The notes under the pieces were generated by a model. It was given only the letters and a program-made list of their open reading frames with translations, was not told the origin of the DNA and did no database searches. This document shows, piece after piece, positions 17,135 to 24,723 of a stretch of 32,000 nucleotides of DNA (position 1 is the stretch's first letter; every line of letters begins with the position of its first letter). A program made the position numbers and the translations under genes. Origin of the DNA: Propionibacteriaceae bacterium (GTDB lineage: Bacteria; Actinomycetota; Actinomycetes; Propionibacteriales; Propionibacteriaceae); NCBI GenBank assembly GCA_031256725.1, contig JAIRQE010000012.1, positions 1 through 32,000 of the forward strand, read 5' to 3'.

Positions 17135-18448
17135 CTATGCGATGTACCCAAAGTTACGCGCCGCATCCAAGAGTCCGTCTCTGAATTGCGGATGGGCGAT
17201 ACTGGCGAGTAGGCGTACTCGCTCAGCCACAGTCGTACCACGAAGGTTCACGGCACCATACTCGGTGACAACCCAATCCACATCATTGCGTGACAGGGTC
17301 ACAGCTGCACCAGGGCGTAGTGTGGATACAATCTTGGAAATAGTATCAATCTCACCTGTTTCGTGATTCTTCTTTTCCACAGTGGAGTACAAGGCAATGA
17401 TTGAGCGACCATTCTTGGAGTTCTGAGCGCCAACAGCAGTATCGACCTGGCCGCCTGAGCCGGAGATCTGCATAGTACCGATACTCTCTGAGCAACACTG
17501 ACCAGTGAGATCCACTTCGATCGTAGTATTGATGGACACCTGATTATCATTGCGTGCAATGACATAGGGATCGTTGATGGTCTGTCCACGTCCAGTGAAT
17601 AATGCTGGGTTTTCATCCATGAACTCATACATCTCAGATGAACCCAGGGCGAAGGCAAACACACTCAGCCCCACATCGACCTGTTTGCGAGCATTGGTGA
17701 CCACGCCAGCCTTCATAAGATCCATGATGCCAGTTGTCATCATTTCTGTATGGATTCCCAGGTCTTTCTTCTCGTACAAGGATTGGCACACTGCATTCGG
17801 TATCCCACCGATGCCGACCTGAACGCAATCACCATCGTTCACCAAATCAGCAATGAGACGCCCGATCTGCAGATCCTTGTCAGAGGGTTCCTCTGAGGAG
17901 ATTGTGGAGGGGATTGCTTCAGATTCAATCACATAATCAATGGAATCCCAGTCGAGATAATTCTGCCCAAAACAGTGGGGAACATTCGGGCTAATCTCTA
18001 GGATGCGGTACCTCGCCTCGCTACCAATTCTTTCTTCATAGGTGTTTCCAAGTGCGAATCGCGTACGGCCATCAGTCTCAGGCATTGAGGCCAAGGAGAT
18101 CATGATCTTTGACCGGCGATGGTAGTTACGCTTTGTACCAGCGAAATGCAAGTTATTCGGGATATAGGAAACCCGGCCAGTGCGTGCTAATTTGCGCATG
18201 ATTGGAGCCGAGAACCATGACTCCATACGGAAAGCTCGCCCGAAGATCTCTGGATTGAGGTACTCGCCATCCACAAGGGGAAGGCAGTTAGAGATGGTCA
18301 CATCACTGACTCGATCAGCGATCTGGTGTAGAGATGATAAGAAGCTGGGGGGTTCATTGGCGCCGAGCCCTACAGTGATCAGGTCGCCATCCTCAACAAG
18401 ATCGAGAGCCTGGTCAACGCTGATGAGTTTGGATCTGTAGTTAAACAT
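17135..18448 (-). CDS. Acetyl-CoA hydrolase/transferase-family CoA-transferase (4-hydroxybutyrate/butyryl-CoA:acetate CoA-transferase-like)
   Basis: 437 aa. The family pattern includes VQVGIGGIPNAV, IHTEMMT, SINTTIEVDLTGQ (putative catalytic Glu), SGSGGQVD, and C-terminal HPQFRDGL. Confidence 0.85.
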   Translation of the reverse strand: MFNYRSKLISVDQALDLVEDGDLITVGLGANEPPSFLSSLHQIADRVSDVTISNCLPLVDGEYLNPEIFGRAFRMESWFSAPIMRKLARTGRVSYIPNNLHFAGTKRNYHRRSKIMISLASMPETDGRTRFALGNTYEERIGSEARYRILEISPNVPHCFGQNYLDWDSIDYVIESEAIPSTISSEEPSDKDLQIGRLIADLVNDGDCVQVGIGGIPNAVCQSLYEKKDLGIHTEMMTTGIMDLMKAGVVTNARKQVDVGLSVFAFALGSSEMYEFMDENPALFTGRGQTINDPYVIARNDNQVSINTTIEVDLTGQCCSESIGTMQISGSGGQVDTAVGAQNSKNGRSIIALYSTVEKKNHETGEIDTISKIVSTLRPGAAVTLSRNDVDWVVTEYGAVNLRGTTVAERVRLLASIAHPQFRDGLLDAARNFGYIA

Positions 18449-18462
18449 GGTGGCCTGCTTTC

Positions 18463-19509
18463 TTAAGCGAGAGTGGTTGAGTTGGCTTTGCCCCAGCGCA
18501 CGCAGGTCGAAGCCCAGACATATCCGATCCCGGCAGCGAGAAGATTGATGAGGGAGCCCTCGCGGATCTTCCCCGACTCGAGACCCAGATGAAGTGTGAG
18601 GATTTGATCGATCTGACCAATGTGCCCGTAGTCTTCGAGATAAGTGGTGTGATCCTCGGTGAGTCCGAGTTCGGCCAGCATAGCCAGATGCTGGGATCTT
18701 TTGAAGTGCAAGATTCCGAGATAATCAATGTCTTGCCTTGTCAGACCTCCTGATTTTCTGAGGGATTCGTCTATGCAGTGGTACCAATTCGGTAGGGAGG
18801 TCTCATTCAAGCGATCCTTCATAGCCACGGGATCCATTAAGCGCAATGACCTGTACCCCTCGTCAACTGTGGTGGATGTGAAAGGTGTAGTGATCCCACC
18901 AATTTCTACTCCAGCACTCCAAGCCAGCGAACCATCGGCAACGATATGTGAGCCCAGGATAAGGTTTTCGTCAACTCCCTTACGAATAATCAGAGCACCA
19001 CCACCAGCACCAAGGTTGTACATCATGGACATATTCGTGTCGGTGTAGTCCACAAAGTCACCATTACGGTACCCGCCTGCAATAAGGATTGTGTCAATCT
19101 CATGATCGGCGATCAGCATATCTTTGGCCATCTTCATGGCTGTACATGTCGTACAGCACCTGTTCGCCACATCGATACCCCACGCATTGGTTGCACCAAT
19201 CTGGTCTTGGGTATACAAGGCAGAGGTTGTGAGGGGATACTCTTTCCATTCCTCACCAATGCAGAGTATGACATCGATTTCTTTTGGATCAATGCCAGTG
19301 CGCTCTATGGCGTCTTGAGCTGCGCGAGCACCCATAACCTGTGTTCCATCGTCCTTGCCAGGGATGGGTTTAGAAATGATGCCTAGCTTGTCTATGACTG
19401 CTTCTTCAGCCCAAATGCCTCCTGTTGCATCAGAGATCTCTTTGGCGCTCATTCGTGGTTCGGGAAGGTATAGCCCGTACCCAAGTATGCCTACGTTCGG
19501 TGTGTTCAT
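18463..19509 (-). CDS. Thiolase-superfamily condensing enzyme, KAS III (FabH)-like
   Basis: 348 aa. GILGYGLYLPE (cf. FabH GTGSYLPE), active-site Cys region IDVANRCCTTCTAM (cf. FDVAAACAGF), His in GILHFKRS (cf. VPHQAN). The third triad position reads YGHIGQ where FabH has HGNTSAAS. RBS GAAGAGG. Confidence 0.8.
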   Translation of the reverse strand: MNTPNVGILGYGLYLPEPRMSAKEISDATGGIWAEEAVIDKLGIISKPIPGKDDGTQVMGARAAQDAIERTGIDPKEIDVILCIGEEWKEYPLTTSALYTQDQIGATNAWGIDVANRCCTTCTAMKMAKDMLIADHEIDTILIAGGYRNGDFVDYTDTNMSMMYNLGAGGGALIIRKGVDENLILGSHIVADGSLAWSAGVEIGGITTPFTSTTVDEGYRSLRLMDPVAMKDRLNETSLPNWYHCIDESLRKSGGLTRQDIDYLGILHFKRSQHLAMLAELGLTEDHTTYLEDYGHIGQIDQILTLHLGLESGKIREGSLINLLAAGIGYVWASTCVRWGKANSTTLA

Positions 19510-19557
19510 GAATGCCTCTTCTATGAGAATCCACTGTTTGTCTAGTAAACAGTCAAT

Positions 19558-19573
19558 ATGACGACTCTGTCAC
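19558..19573. promoter_or_regulatory. Candidate operator, site B: ATGACG-ACTC-TGTCAC
   Basis: Read directly. It lies 49-64 nt upstream of the KAS III-like start and just downstream of the candidate minus-strand promoter. It is overlapped by a second small palindrome, GTCA-TAT-TGAC. Confidence 0.45.
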
Positions 19574-19588
19574 TTTTGCGACTCCCTC

Positions 19589-19618
19589 ATATTACGTTTA
19601 ATCTCCGTACTTGCGCAA
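19589..19618 (-). promoter_or_regulatory. Candidate promoter for the KAS III-like/CoA-transferase/hydrolase operon
   Basis: On the minus strand: TTGCGC (19618-19613), 18-nt spacer, TAATAT (19594-19589). Confidence 0.35.
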
Positions 19619-19714
19619 GAGGGAGATTCGATAATGTGTAGTTCGCCGTGAAATCTGAGAATTCTCATGCAGTTGCTCGGATTTGGGTACTTTAGAATTC
19701 ATAAAGATTCTCTC

Positions 19715-19743
19715 TTGACATGATGACATACCTGTCATATATT
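19715..19743 (+). promoter_or_regulatory. Near-consensus sigma-70-type promoter of the liv-type operon
   Basis: TTGACA (19715-19720), exactly 17-nt spacer, TATATT (19738-19743). This places the transcription start near 19750, upstream of the GAAGGAGG RBS at 19756-19763. Confidence 0.6.
19723..19738. promoter_or_regulatory. Candidate operator, site A: ATGACA-TACC-TGTCAT (perfect palindrome)
   Basis: Read directly. It fills the spacer between the -35 and -10 of the liv promoter and overlaps the first base of the -10, a classical repressor position. Confidence 0.55.
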
Positions 19744-19773
19744 GAAGCCAGTCGAGAAGGAGGTCACGGCGCC

Positions 19774-20649
19774 GTGGACCTAATAATTCAACCGCTGTTA
19801 CGCAGTCTAGAGACGGGAAGCGTCTACGCTTTGGCTGCGCTTGGCATCATCATCGTTATGCGTACCAGCTTGGTTATGCACTTCGCCCAAGGATCAATGG
19901 GTATGTTTGCTGGATCAGCGGTCGCCTTCACCTTCAACAGATATGGTGTACCCCTGTTGACCTCGATATTGGTGGGGGCCGCCGTAGCTATCTTCCTGGG
20001 TTTCTTTGTAGATTTCGCCATTATTCGTCGATTAAAACGGGCAACAGCCGTTGGTAAAGAAATCATCACCTTGGGATTGATCATGGTCTTCTTGGGTCTT
20101 GCACCCATAGTCTTTGGTACTGACCCCATGAACCTGCCAAGGATCATTCCTCGTGGTGATGTGGCTCTCGGATCAGCCTCCATTTCCTACAACGGAATCC
20201 TGAACATCGCCATCGGTGTCTTCATTGCTTTGGGGCTCTTCTTGATCCTGCAGAAGACAAAAGTCGGTTTGGCAGTACGCGCCACAGCATCCAATGAATC
20301 CACAGCAAAACTCATGGGTATCCCAACCCGTAATGTGACGCTGATGGCATGGGCTGTAGCTGGTCTGCTGGGAATGTTGGCTGCTGTGATGATTGCGCCC
20401 ACCACTATGGTGACACCCACCTATATGACAGCTGTCCAAGTATCAGCACTGTTTGCCTGTGTTCTGGGCGGATTCCAAACCTTCTACGGCCCAGTCATCG
20501 CTGCTTACATCATTGCAACCTGCTCAAACTTCCTGAAGCTTTATGCGTCCTCAGCATGGGGCGACCAACTGATGTACCTGTTGATTTTGTTATTTCTGTT
20601 GTTCCGCCCGAATGGTCTATTCGGCAAGACCTACATGAAGAAGGTGTGA
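19774..20649 (+). CDS. livH: Branched-chain-amino-acid-type ABC transporter permease (LivH family)
   Basis: Polytopic membrane protein. GSVYALAALGIIIVMRTS matches the LivH N-terminal signature. The ORF opens at 19720, but that would put the start inside the promoter. An in-frame GTG at 19774 lies 10 nt after GAAGGAGG and gives 291 aa. Confidence 0.85.
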   Translation: MDLIIQPLLRSLETGSVYALAALGIIIVMRTSLVMHFAQGSMGMFAGSAVAFTFNRYGVPLLTSILVGAAVAIFLGFFVDFAIIRRLKRATAVGKEIITLGLIMVFLGLAPIVFGTDPMNLPRIIPRGDVALGSASISYNGILNIAIGVFIALGLFLILQKTKVGLAVRATASNESTAKLMGIPTRNVTLMAWAVAGLLGMLAAVMIAPTTMVTPTYMTAVQVSALFACVLGGFQTFYGPVIAAYIIATCSNFLKLYASSAWGDQLMYLLILLFLLFRPNGLFGKTYMKKV

Positions 20650-20651
20650 TC

Positions 20652-21686
20652 GTGTCCAAGAACTCGCGAATCACTATGCTTAATCTAGGCTCGATTATGA
20701 AGAACTCCCATGTTCATTACATCATCTTCGGTTTGGTCCTGTGCCTTTTCCCTATGATGACCTCAGCTGGAGGGATGAAGAACTCGACCCTGTCGACTCT
20801 TGCATTCGTACTCATCTTCTCTATCGTGGCCCTCGGATTGAACCTATTGTTGGGTTACTCGGGCCTGATCTCTCTTGGTACTGCAGGATTCATGGGGCTT
20901 GGCTCCTATATCGCTGCCTATGTTCAAGACGATCTCGGACTAGGATTCTGGGTGGCCGTCCTGCTTGCTATTGCGATTCCCACGCTGATCGGTCTTCTCG
21001 TTGGCATCATTTCGCTGCGAGTCTCGGGGATCTACCTGGCAATCGCCACCTTGTGTATCGCCGAAATCCTCGCAAAGACCTTTGAACAGGCCGAATGGTT
21101 CACGCACGGTACAGCGGGCAAGCAGTCAAAGTACCCGACGATCTTTGGTATGCCCATGGATAGGTCATCAATGTTTGTCGTATGCGCGATTGTCCTAGTA
21201 CTAGTGATGATGCTGACCTATAACATCGTCAATGGACAACTTGGTCGAGCCCTCCACGCTATGCGTTCCTCAGAGGTGGCAGCACAGGCTATGGGTGTTA
21301 ATGTACTGAAGTACAAGCTGTTTGCATTCTCGGTTGCGACTCTTTATGCAGGGCTGGCTGGAGGGTTGTACCTCTTCTTCCTTCGCAGTTCCTATCCCTC
21401 AACCTGGAACCTCTTCTTGAGCCTCAATCTGATCGCCATGGTGGTTGTAGGTGGGTTACGGTCAATCCTTGGGACGGTTGCGGGCGCCTTTGTGATCTTC
21501 GCCTTCCCCGAGCTTGTTCTCAAAAAGCTTCCTGTGATTGGCGATGCCTCAGGGCTTCCCTACGTCTTCTCGGGTGTGATGATCATCCTTGTCATCATGT
21601 TCTTCCCACAAGGTCTTAAGGGCCTTGCCGACCTTGGGGTCACAACTATCAAGACAGTCTTCTCACGAAAGAAGGTGACCTCATGA
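20652..21686 (+). CDS. livM: Branched-chain-amino-acid-type ABC transporter permease (LivM family)
   Basis: Polytopic: GYSGLISLGTAGFMGLGSY, LRVSGIYLAIATL, ALHAMRSSEVAAQAMGVN. The ORF-track start at 20349 overlaps livH by 300 nt and is rejected. A GTG at 20652 sits 3 nt after the livH stop with AAGG upstream. ATG alternatives are at 20676 and 20697. Confidence 0.82.
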   Translation: MSKNSRITMLNLGSIMKNSHVHYIIFGLVLCLFPMMTSAGGMKNSTLSTLAFVLIFSIVALGLNLLLGYSGLISLGTAGFMGLGSYIAAYVQDDLGLGFWVAVLLAIAIPTLIGLLVGIISLRVSGIYLAIATLCIAEILAKTFEQAEWFTHGTAGKQSKYPTIFGMPMDRSSMFVVCAIVLVLVMMLTYNIVNGQLGRALHAMRSSEVAAQAMGVNVLKYKLFAFSVATLYAGLAGGLYLFFLRSSYPSTWNLFLSLNLIAMVVVGGLRSILGTVAGAFVIFAFPELVLKKLPVIGDASGLPYVFSGVMIILVIMFFPQGLKGLADLGVTTIKTVFSRKKVTS

Positions 21687-22606
21687 CCACAAGAAACGAA
21701 CAGATCCTTCCCTTGGAGGGGACAGAAACTTTGGCTGCAAGTGATATCCTTGCAGTAGAGAATCTTTCCATCAGTTTTGGGGGATTGAAGGCTCTTGATG
21801 ATCTGTCCTTTGCTATCCGTGATCGGGAGATCTTCGGGTTGATTGGCCCCAATGGTGCTGGAAAAACCACGGTATTCAACTGCATCACGCAGTTCTACAA
21901 ACCCGACCAGGGAACAGTATTATTCGGGGTTGAATCTGAGCGTCTTCACCGACATAGAGCACACAAAGTTTCCGTAGGGTCCACTGATGAACCCCAGGAC
22001 ACTGAGGTGGTCAACCTAGTGGGGCGTAAGGTTCATTCGATTATCAAACTTGGATTGGTACGTACCTTCCAAAATGTTGAGGTCATCCCTGAACTCTCGT
22101 TGATCGACAACGTATTATTGGGTGGCCATGTCGATTTTCGTGCGACAATCCTTGAACAGATGTTTCGCCTTCCTCGCGCTCGTCGCGAGGAGAAACAGTA
22201 CAGAGCCCAAGCCCTTGAAGTACTTGAATTCCTGAAGATTGATCATCTCAAGGATGAACTCGCATCAGGACAGCCTTATGGTGTACTCAAAAAACTGGAG
22301 ATGGCTCGTACCCTCATGGCAAACCCCAGGCTTATCATCCTTGATGAACCGGCTGCTGGACTCAATGACTCAGAAACTGAAGACCTAGCCCAAACCATTC
22401 GTGAAATTCGCGACCGTTATCACTGCGCGATTCTTCTTGTCGAACATGATATGCGGCTGGTGATGGGTGTCTGTGAGCGGATCTGTGCGATCTCCTTTGG
22501 GAGATTCCTCGCCCTGGGCACTCCTGAAGAGATTCAAGAAAATCCCGATGTACAAGAAGCTTATCTGGGCGAACAGGAATCCGATCAGGAAGGGGCTCAG
22601 AAATGA
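21683..22606 (+). CDS. livG: ABC transporter ATP-binding protein (LivG family)
   Basis: Walker A GPNGAGKTTVFNCITQFYKP, LDEPAAGLN, LLVEHDMRLVMG, NPDVQEAYLG. It carries a ~26-aa insertion between Walker A and the Q-loop relative to E. coli LivG. 4-bp overlaps with both neighbouring genes. Confidence 0.9.
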   Translation: MTTRNEQILPLEGTETLAASDILAVENLSISFGGLKALDDLSFAIRDREIFGLIGPNGAGKTTVFNCITQFYKPDQGTVLFGVESERLHRHRAHKVSVGSTDEPQDTEVVNLVGRKVHSIIKLGLVRTFQNVEVIPELSLIDNVLLGGHVDFRATILEQMFRLPRARREEKQYRAQALEVLEFLKIDHLKDELASGQPYGVLKKLEMARTLMANPRLIILDEPAAGLNDSETEDLAQTIREIRDRYHCAILLVEHDMRLVMGVCERICAISFGRFLALGTPEEIQENPDVQEAYLGEQESDQEGAQK

Positions 22607-23322
22607 CTATGGCACTATCCATTCGTGGACTCACTGTCCGATATGGTGCCATTGAGGCCGTACGCGGAATCGACCTTGATGTACCCACTGGACAGGTGGT
22701 TGCCCTGCTGGGAGCCAATGGTGCAGGCAAGACTTCAACTTTGCGTACCATCTCTGGACTCACCCGTGCGGCCCAGGGGACCATCACCTTTGAGGATACC
22801 CCAATCACCAGTATGGACCCGGAGAAGATCACCGCTTTGGGTATCGTTCAATCACCTGAAGGAAGACAGATTTTCCGTGACCTGACAGTTGAGGAGAACC
22901 TGCGCGCCGGAGCATTCACCATCAAAGGATCCAAGAGGCTCAAGGAACGGTTTGCGTACTGCTTCGACTATTTCCCCCGTCTTGCTGAAAGACGTAAGCA
23001 GCTTGGCTACACCCTGTCGGGTGGGGAATTACAGATGCTCGCAATCGCCCGTGCACTCATGGCTGACCCGAAGGTTCTCCTACTGGATGAGCCAAGTCTG
23101 GGGTTAGCTCCAATGATCGTTCGCGATATTTTCTCAATCATTCTTCAGATAAAAAACGAAGGCTCCACCGTTTTGATTGTGGAACAAAATGCCTTGCAGA
23201 CTCTGAAGATTGCCGACTACGGGTACGTCTTGGAAACCGGAAGAAACTCCATCCAAGGCCTAGCGTCGGAACTCATAAAGGACACTCGACTGGTTGAGGC
23301 CTATCTGGGCTCGACAGCTTAA
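22603..23322 (+). CDS. livF: ABC transporter ATP-binding protein (LivF family)
   Basis: Walker A GANGAGKTSTL, signature LSGGELQML, Walker B LLLDEPSLGLAP, VEQNA, and C-terminal VEAYLG. Confidence 0.9.
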   Translation: MTMALSIRGLTVRYGAIEAVRGIDLDVPTGQVVALLGANGAGKTSTLRTISGLTRAAQGTITFEDTPITSMDPEKITALGIVQSPEGRQIFRDLTVEENLRAGAFTIKGSKRLKERFAYCFDYFPRLAERRKQLGYTLSGGELQMLAIARALMADPKVLLLDEPSLGLAPMIVRDIFSIILQIKNEGSTVLIVEQNALQTLKIADYGYVLETGRNSIQGLASELIKDTRLVEAYLGSTA

Positions 23323-23360
23323 CAGTCGACTGACAAATTGAAACAATAGAAAGGTAAATC

Positions 23361-24611
23361 ATGAACACGAACAAGGTAGTTGCTTCGTTAGTAGGCGTGC
23401 TCCTTGCAATCAGCCTCGTTGGTTGCACGAAGCCCGCGGATGGGCCTGTGTCGGTCGACGACGGGACTCAGGGTATTACTGACACCACAGTATTGATTGC
23501 GAACTCGGCTGCAACCTCTGGGGCTTATGCTCCTGTGGGGGTACCGTTTATTGCTGGTATGCAGGCATACATCGATACGGTTAATGCTGCTGGTGGTATT
23601 GATGGTCGCAAGATCGAGTTCCTTCACACTGATGATGAGTTTGATCCTGCCAAAGGTAGTGCTGCTCTGACAGAGTTTGTTGAAGACGACAAGGTCTTTG
23701 CGATTGTTGGCTACTTCGGTACACCTGTGGTTGCTGCCAATCTCGGCGCACTCAAGGAGTACGGTATCCCGTCGGTCTACTTCGCAACAGGGATCGGGCA
23801 ACTGTATGCAGAGAAGGCCTCAACGAATGCTGATGGGTACAATATCTTCCCAGTACAGCCCATCTATCGTACAGAGGGCTCGATCATGGTGGCTTATGCT
23901 GCTGGTAAGTTCGAGGCTAAGAAGATCGGCATCATCTACACCAATGATGACGCTGGTATGGACTTGGAGAAGGGTGCTGTTGCCCAGATCAACAAACTTG
24001 ACGGCATTGAATATGTCGAACAACAGGTGGCAGCTGGTGCAGCAGATGTGTCTGCTGCAGTGACCGCGATCAAGAACGCTGATGTCGATTTCATTATTGT
24101 TGCTTCGATTCAGGGCACCATGCCGACCATCGTCAAGGAACTGGCTGCCCAAGGTGTGAACAAGGATTGCATCACCACCTATGTGAATGTGTCTTCGGCA
24201 ATGTCCGAAGCTGTCCTAGCTGACATCACTGACAAGTTTGATCTCTATGGTCTGGGTTGGGTTGACACCGAGTCTGCTTTCACGCAGGCTGCCTTGGGTG
24301 ATTATCAGAAGAGCATCGCTAGCGAGTATGCCATGAATGCCTATGCTCAGACTGGTTGGATCGCTGCATCCTTCTTTGCTGAGGGGCTTCGCCGTCTCGA
24401 AGGCAAGGATGTGACCTGGACCTCCTATATGGAAGCCCTCCAGTCTGCACCTATTCAGAACCCCTTTGGTGGATTCATTAATTATGCTGACGGTCAGCGT
24501 CTTGGTACTCAAGACATGAACTTGTCGAAGGTCGTACCTGCTTCAGATCGCTGGGCCGCAGGATGGGAACTCGTTGAGCCAGTTCAGTCAATTTCTGACT
24601 TGCTTCAGTAA
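23361..24611 (+). CDS. Liv-type ABC transporter substrate-binding lipoprotein (type-I PBP, LivK/Peripla_BP_6-like)
   Basis: 416 aa with signal peptide and lipobox SLVGC. The alternating beta-alpha PBP pattern includes AAGGIDGRKIE and FAIVGYFGTP. RBS GAAAGG. The ligand cannot be read from the sequence. Confidence 0.8.
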   Translation: MNTNKVVASLVGVLLAISLVGCTKPADGPVSVDDGTQGITDTTVLIANSAATSGAYAPVGVPFIAGMQAYIDTVNAAGGIDGRKIEFLHTDDEFDPAKGSAALTEFVEDDKVFAIVGYFGTPVVAANLGALKEYGIPSVYFATGIGQLYAEKASTNADGYNIFPVQPIYRTEGSIMVAYAAGKFEAKKIGIIYTNDDAGMDLEKGAVAQINKLDGIEYVEQQVAAGAADVSAAVTAIKNADVDFIIVASIQGTMPTIVKELAAQGVNKDCITTYVNVSSAMSEAVLADITDKFDLYGLGWVDTESAFTQAALGDYQKSIASEYAMNAYAQTGWIAASFFAEGLRRLEGKDVTWTSYMEALQSAPIQNPFGGFINYADGQRLGTQDMNLSKVVPASDRWAAGWELVEPVQSISDLLQ

Positions 24612-24660
24612 CCCCCTCCTCGTATAACCGGATTCATTGAATTGCTGTCATGAATCACAA

Positions 24661-24675
24661 GGAATCATTGATTCC
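24661..24675. promoter_or_regulatory. Perfect 15-bp palindrome GGAATCA-T-TGATTCC, candidate regulator binding site
   Basis: Read directly. A related copy, ATTCA-T-TGAAT, sits at 24632-24642, 31 bp upstream. Both share the core TCATTGA and lie in the livK-maoC gap, upstream of maoC-tetR. Confidence 0.35.
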
Positions 24676-24690
24676 GCTCCTCTAAAAAAG

Positions 24691-24723
24691 ATGGTGCCCA
24701 CTGGCGAATCCGGTGGGCACCAT
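24691..24723. terminator. Strong hairpin between the liv operon and maoC; canonical intrinsic-terminator geometry only on the minus strand
   Basis: ATGGTGCCCACTGG / CCGGTGGGCACCAT: 14 bp with one G-U and loop CGAAT. On the plus strand it is followed by TGCAACAAAAC (no U-tract). On the minus strand it is followed by CTTTTTTAG. Confidence 0.5.

Noticed and set aside
19600-19667. Additional palindromes in the divergent KAS III/liv region: AATCTCC...CTTGCGCAAG...GGAGATT at 19600-19628 and TGAGAATTCTCA at 19656-19667.
   Set aside because: They are real in the sequence but single-copy, with no second occurrence elsewhere in the window. They may be further regulatory sites, but I cannot support a specific call.
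20349-20651. The 5' extension of the livM ORF, overlapping livH by 300 nt.
   Set aside because: The extension is out of frame within a well-supported membrane-protein gene and encodes Cys/His-rich non-membrane sequence. A GTG with an RBS directly after the livH stop gives a normal LivM length.
23323-23332. 10-bp palindrome CAGTCGACTG between livF and the binding-protein gene.
   Set aside because: It is short, single-copy and sits within a 38-bp intra-operon gap. It is most likely fortuitous.
24636-24651. A possible fifth copy of the ATGACA-N4-TGTCAT motif upstream of maoC (ATTGAA-TTGC-TGTCAT).
   Set aside because: Only the right half-site matches, and the left half matches 3 of 6. This is insufficient to link maoC-tetR to the motif.
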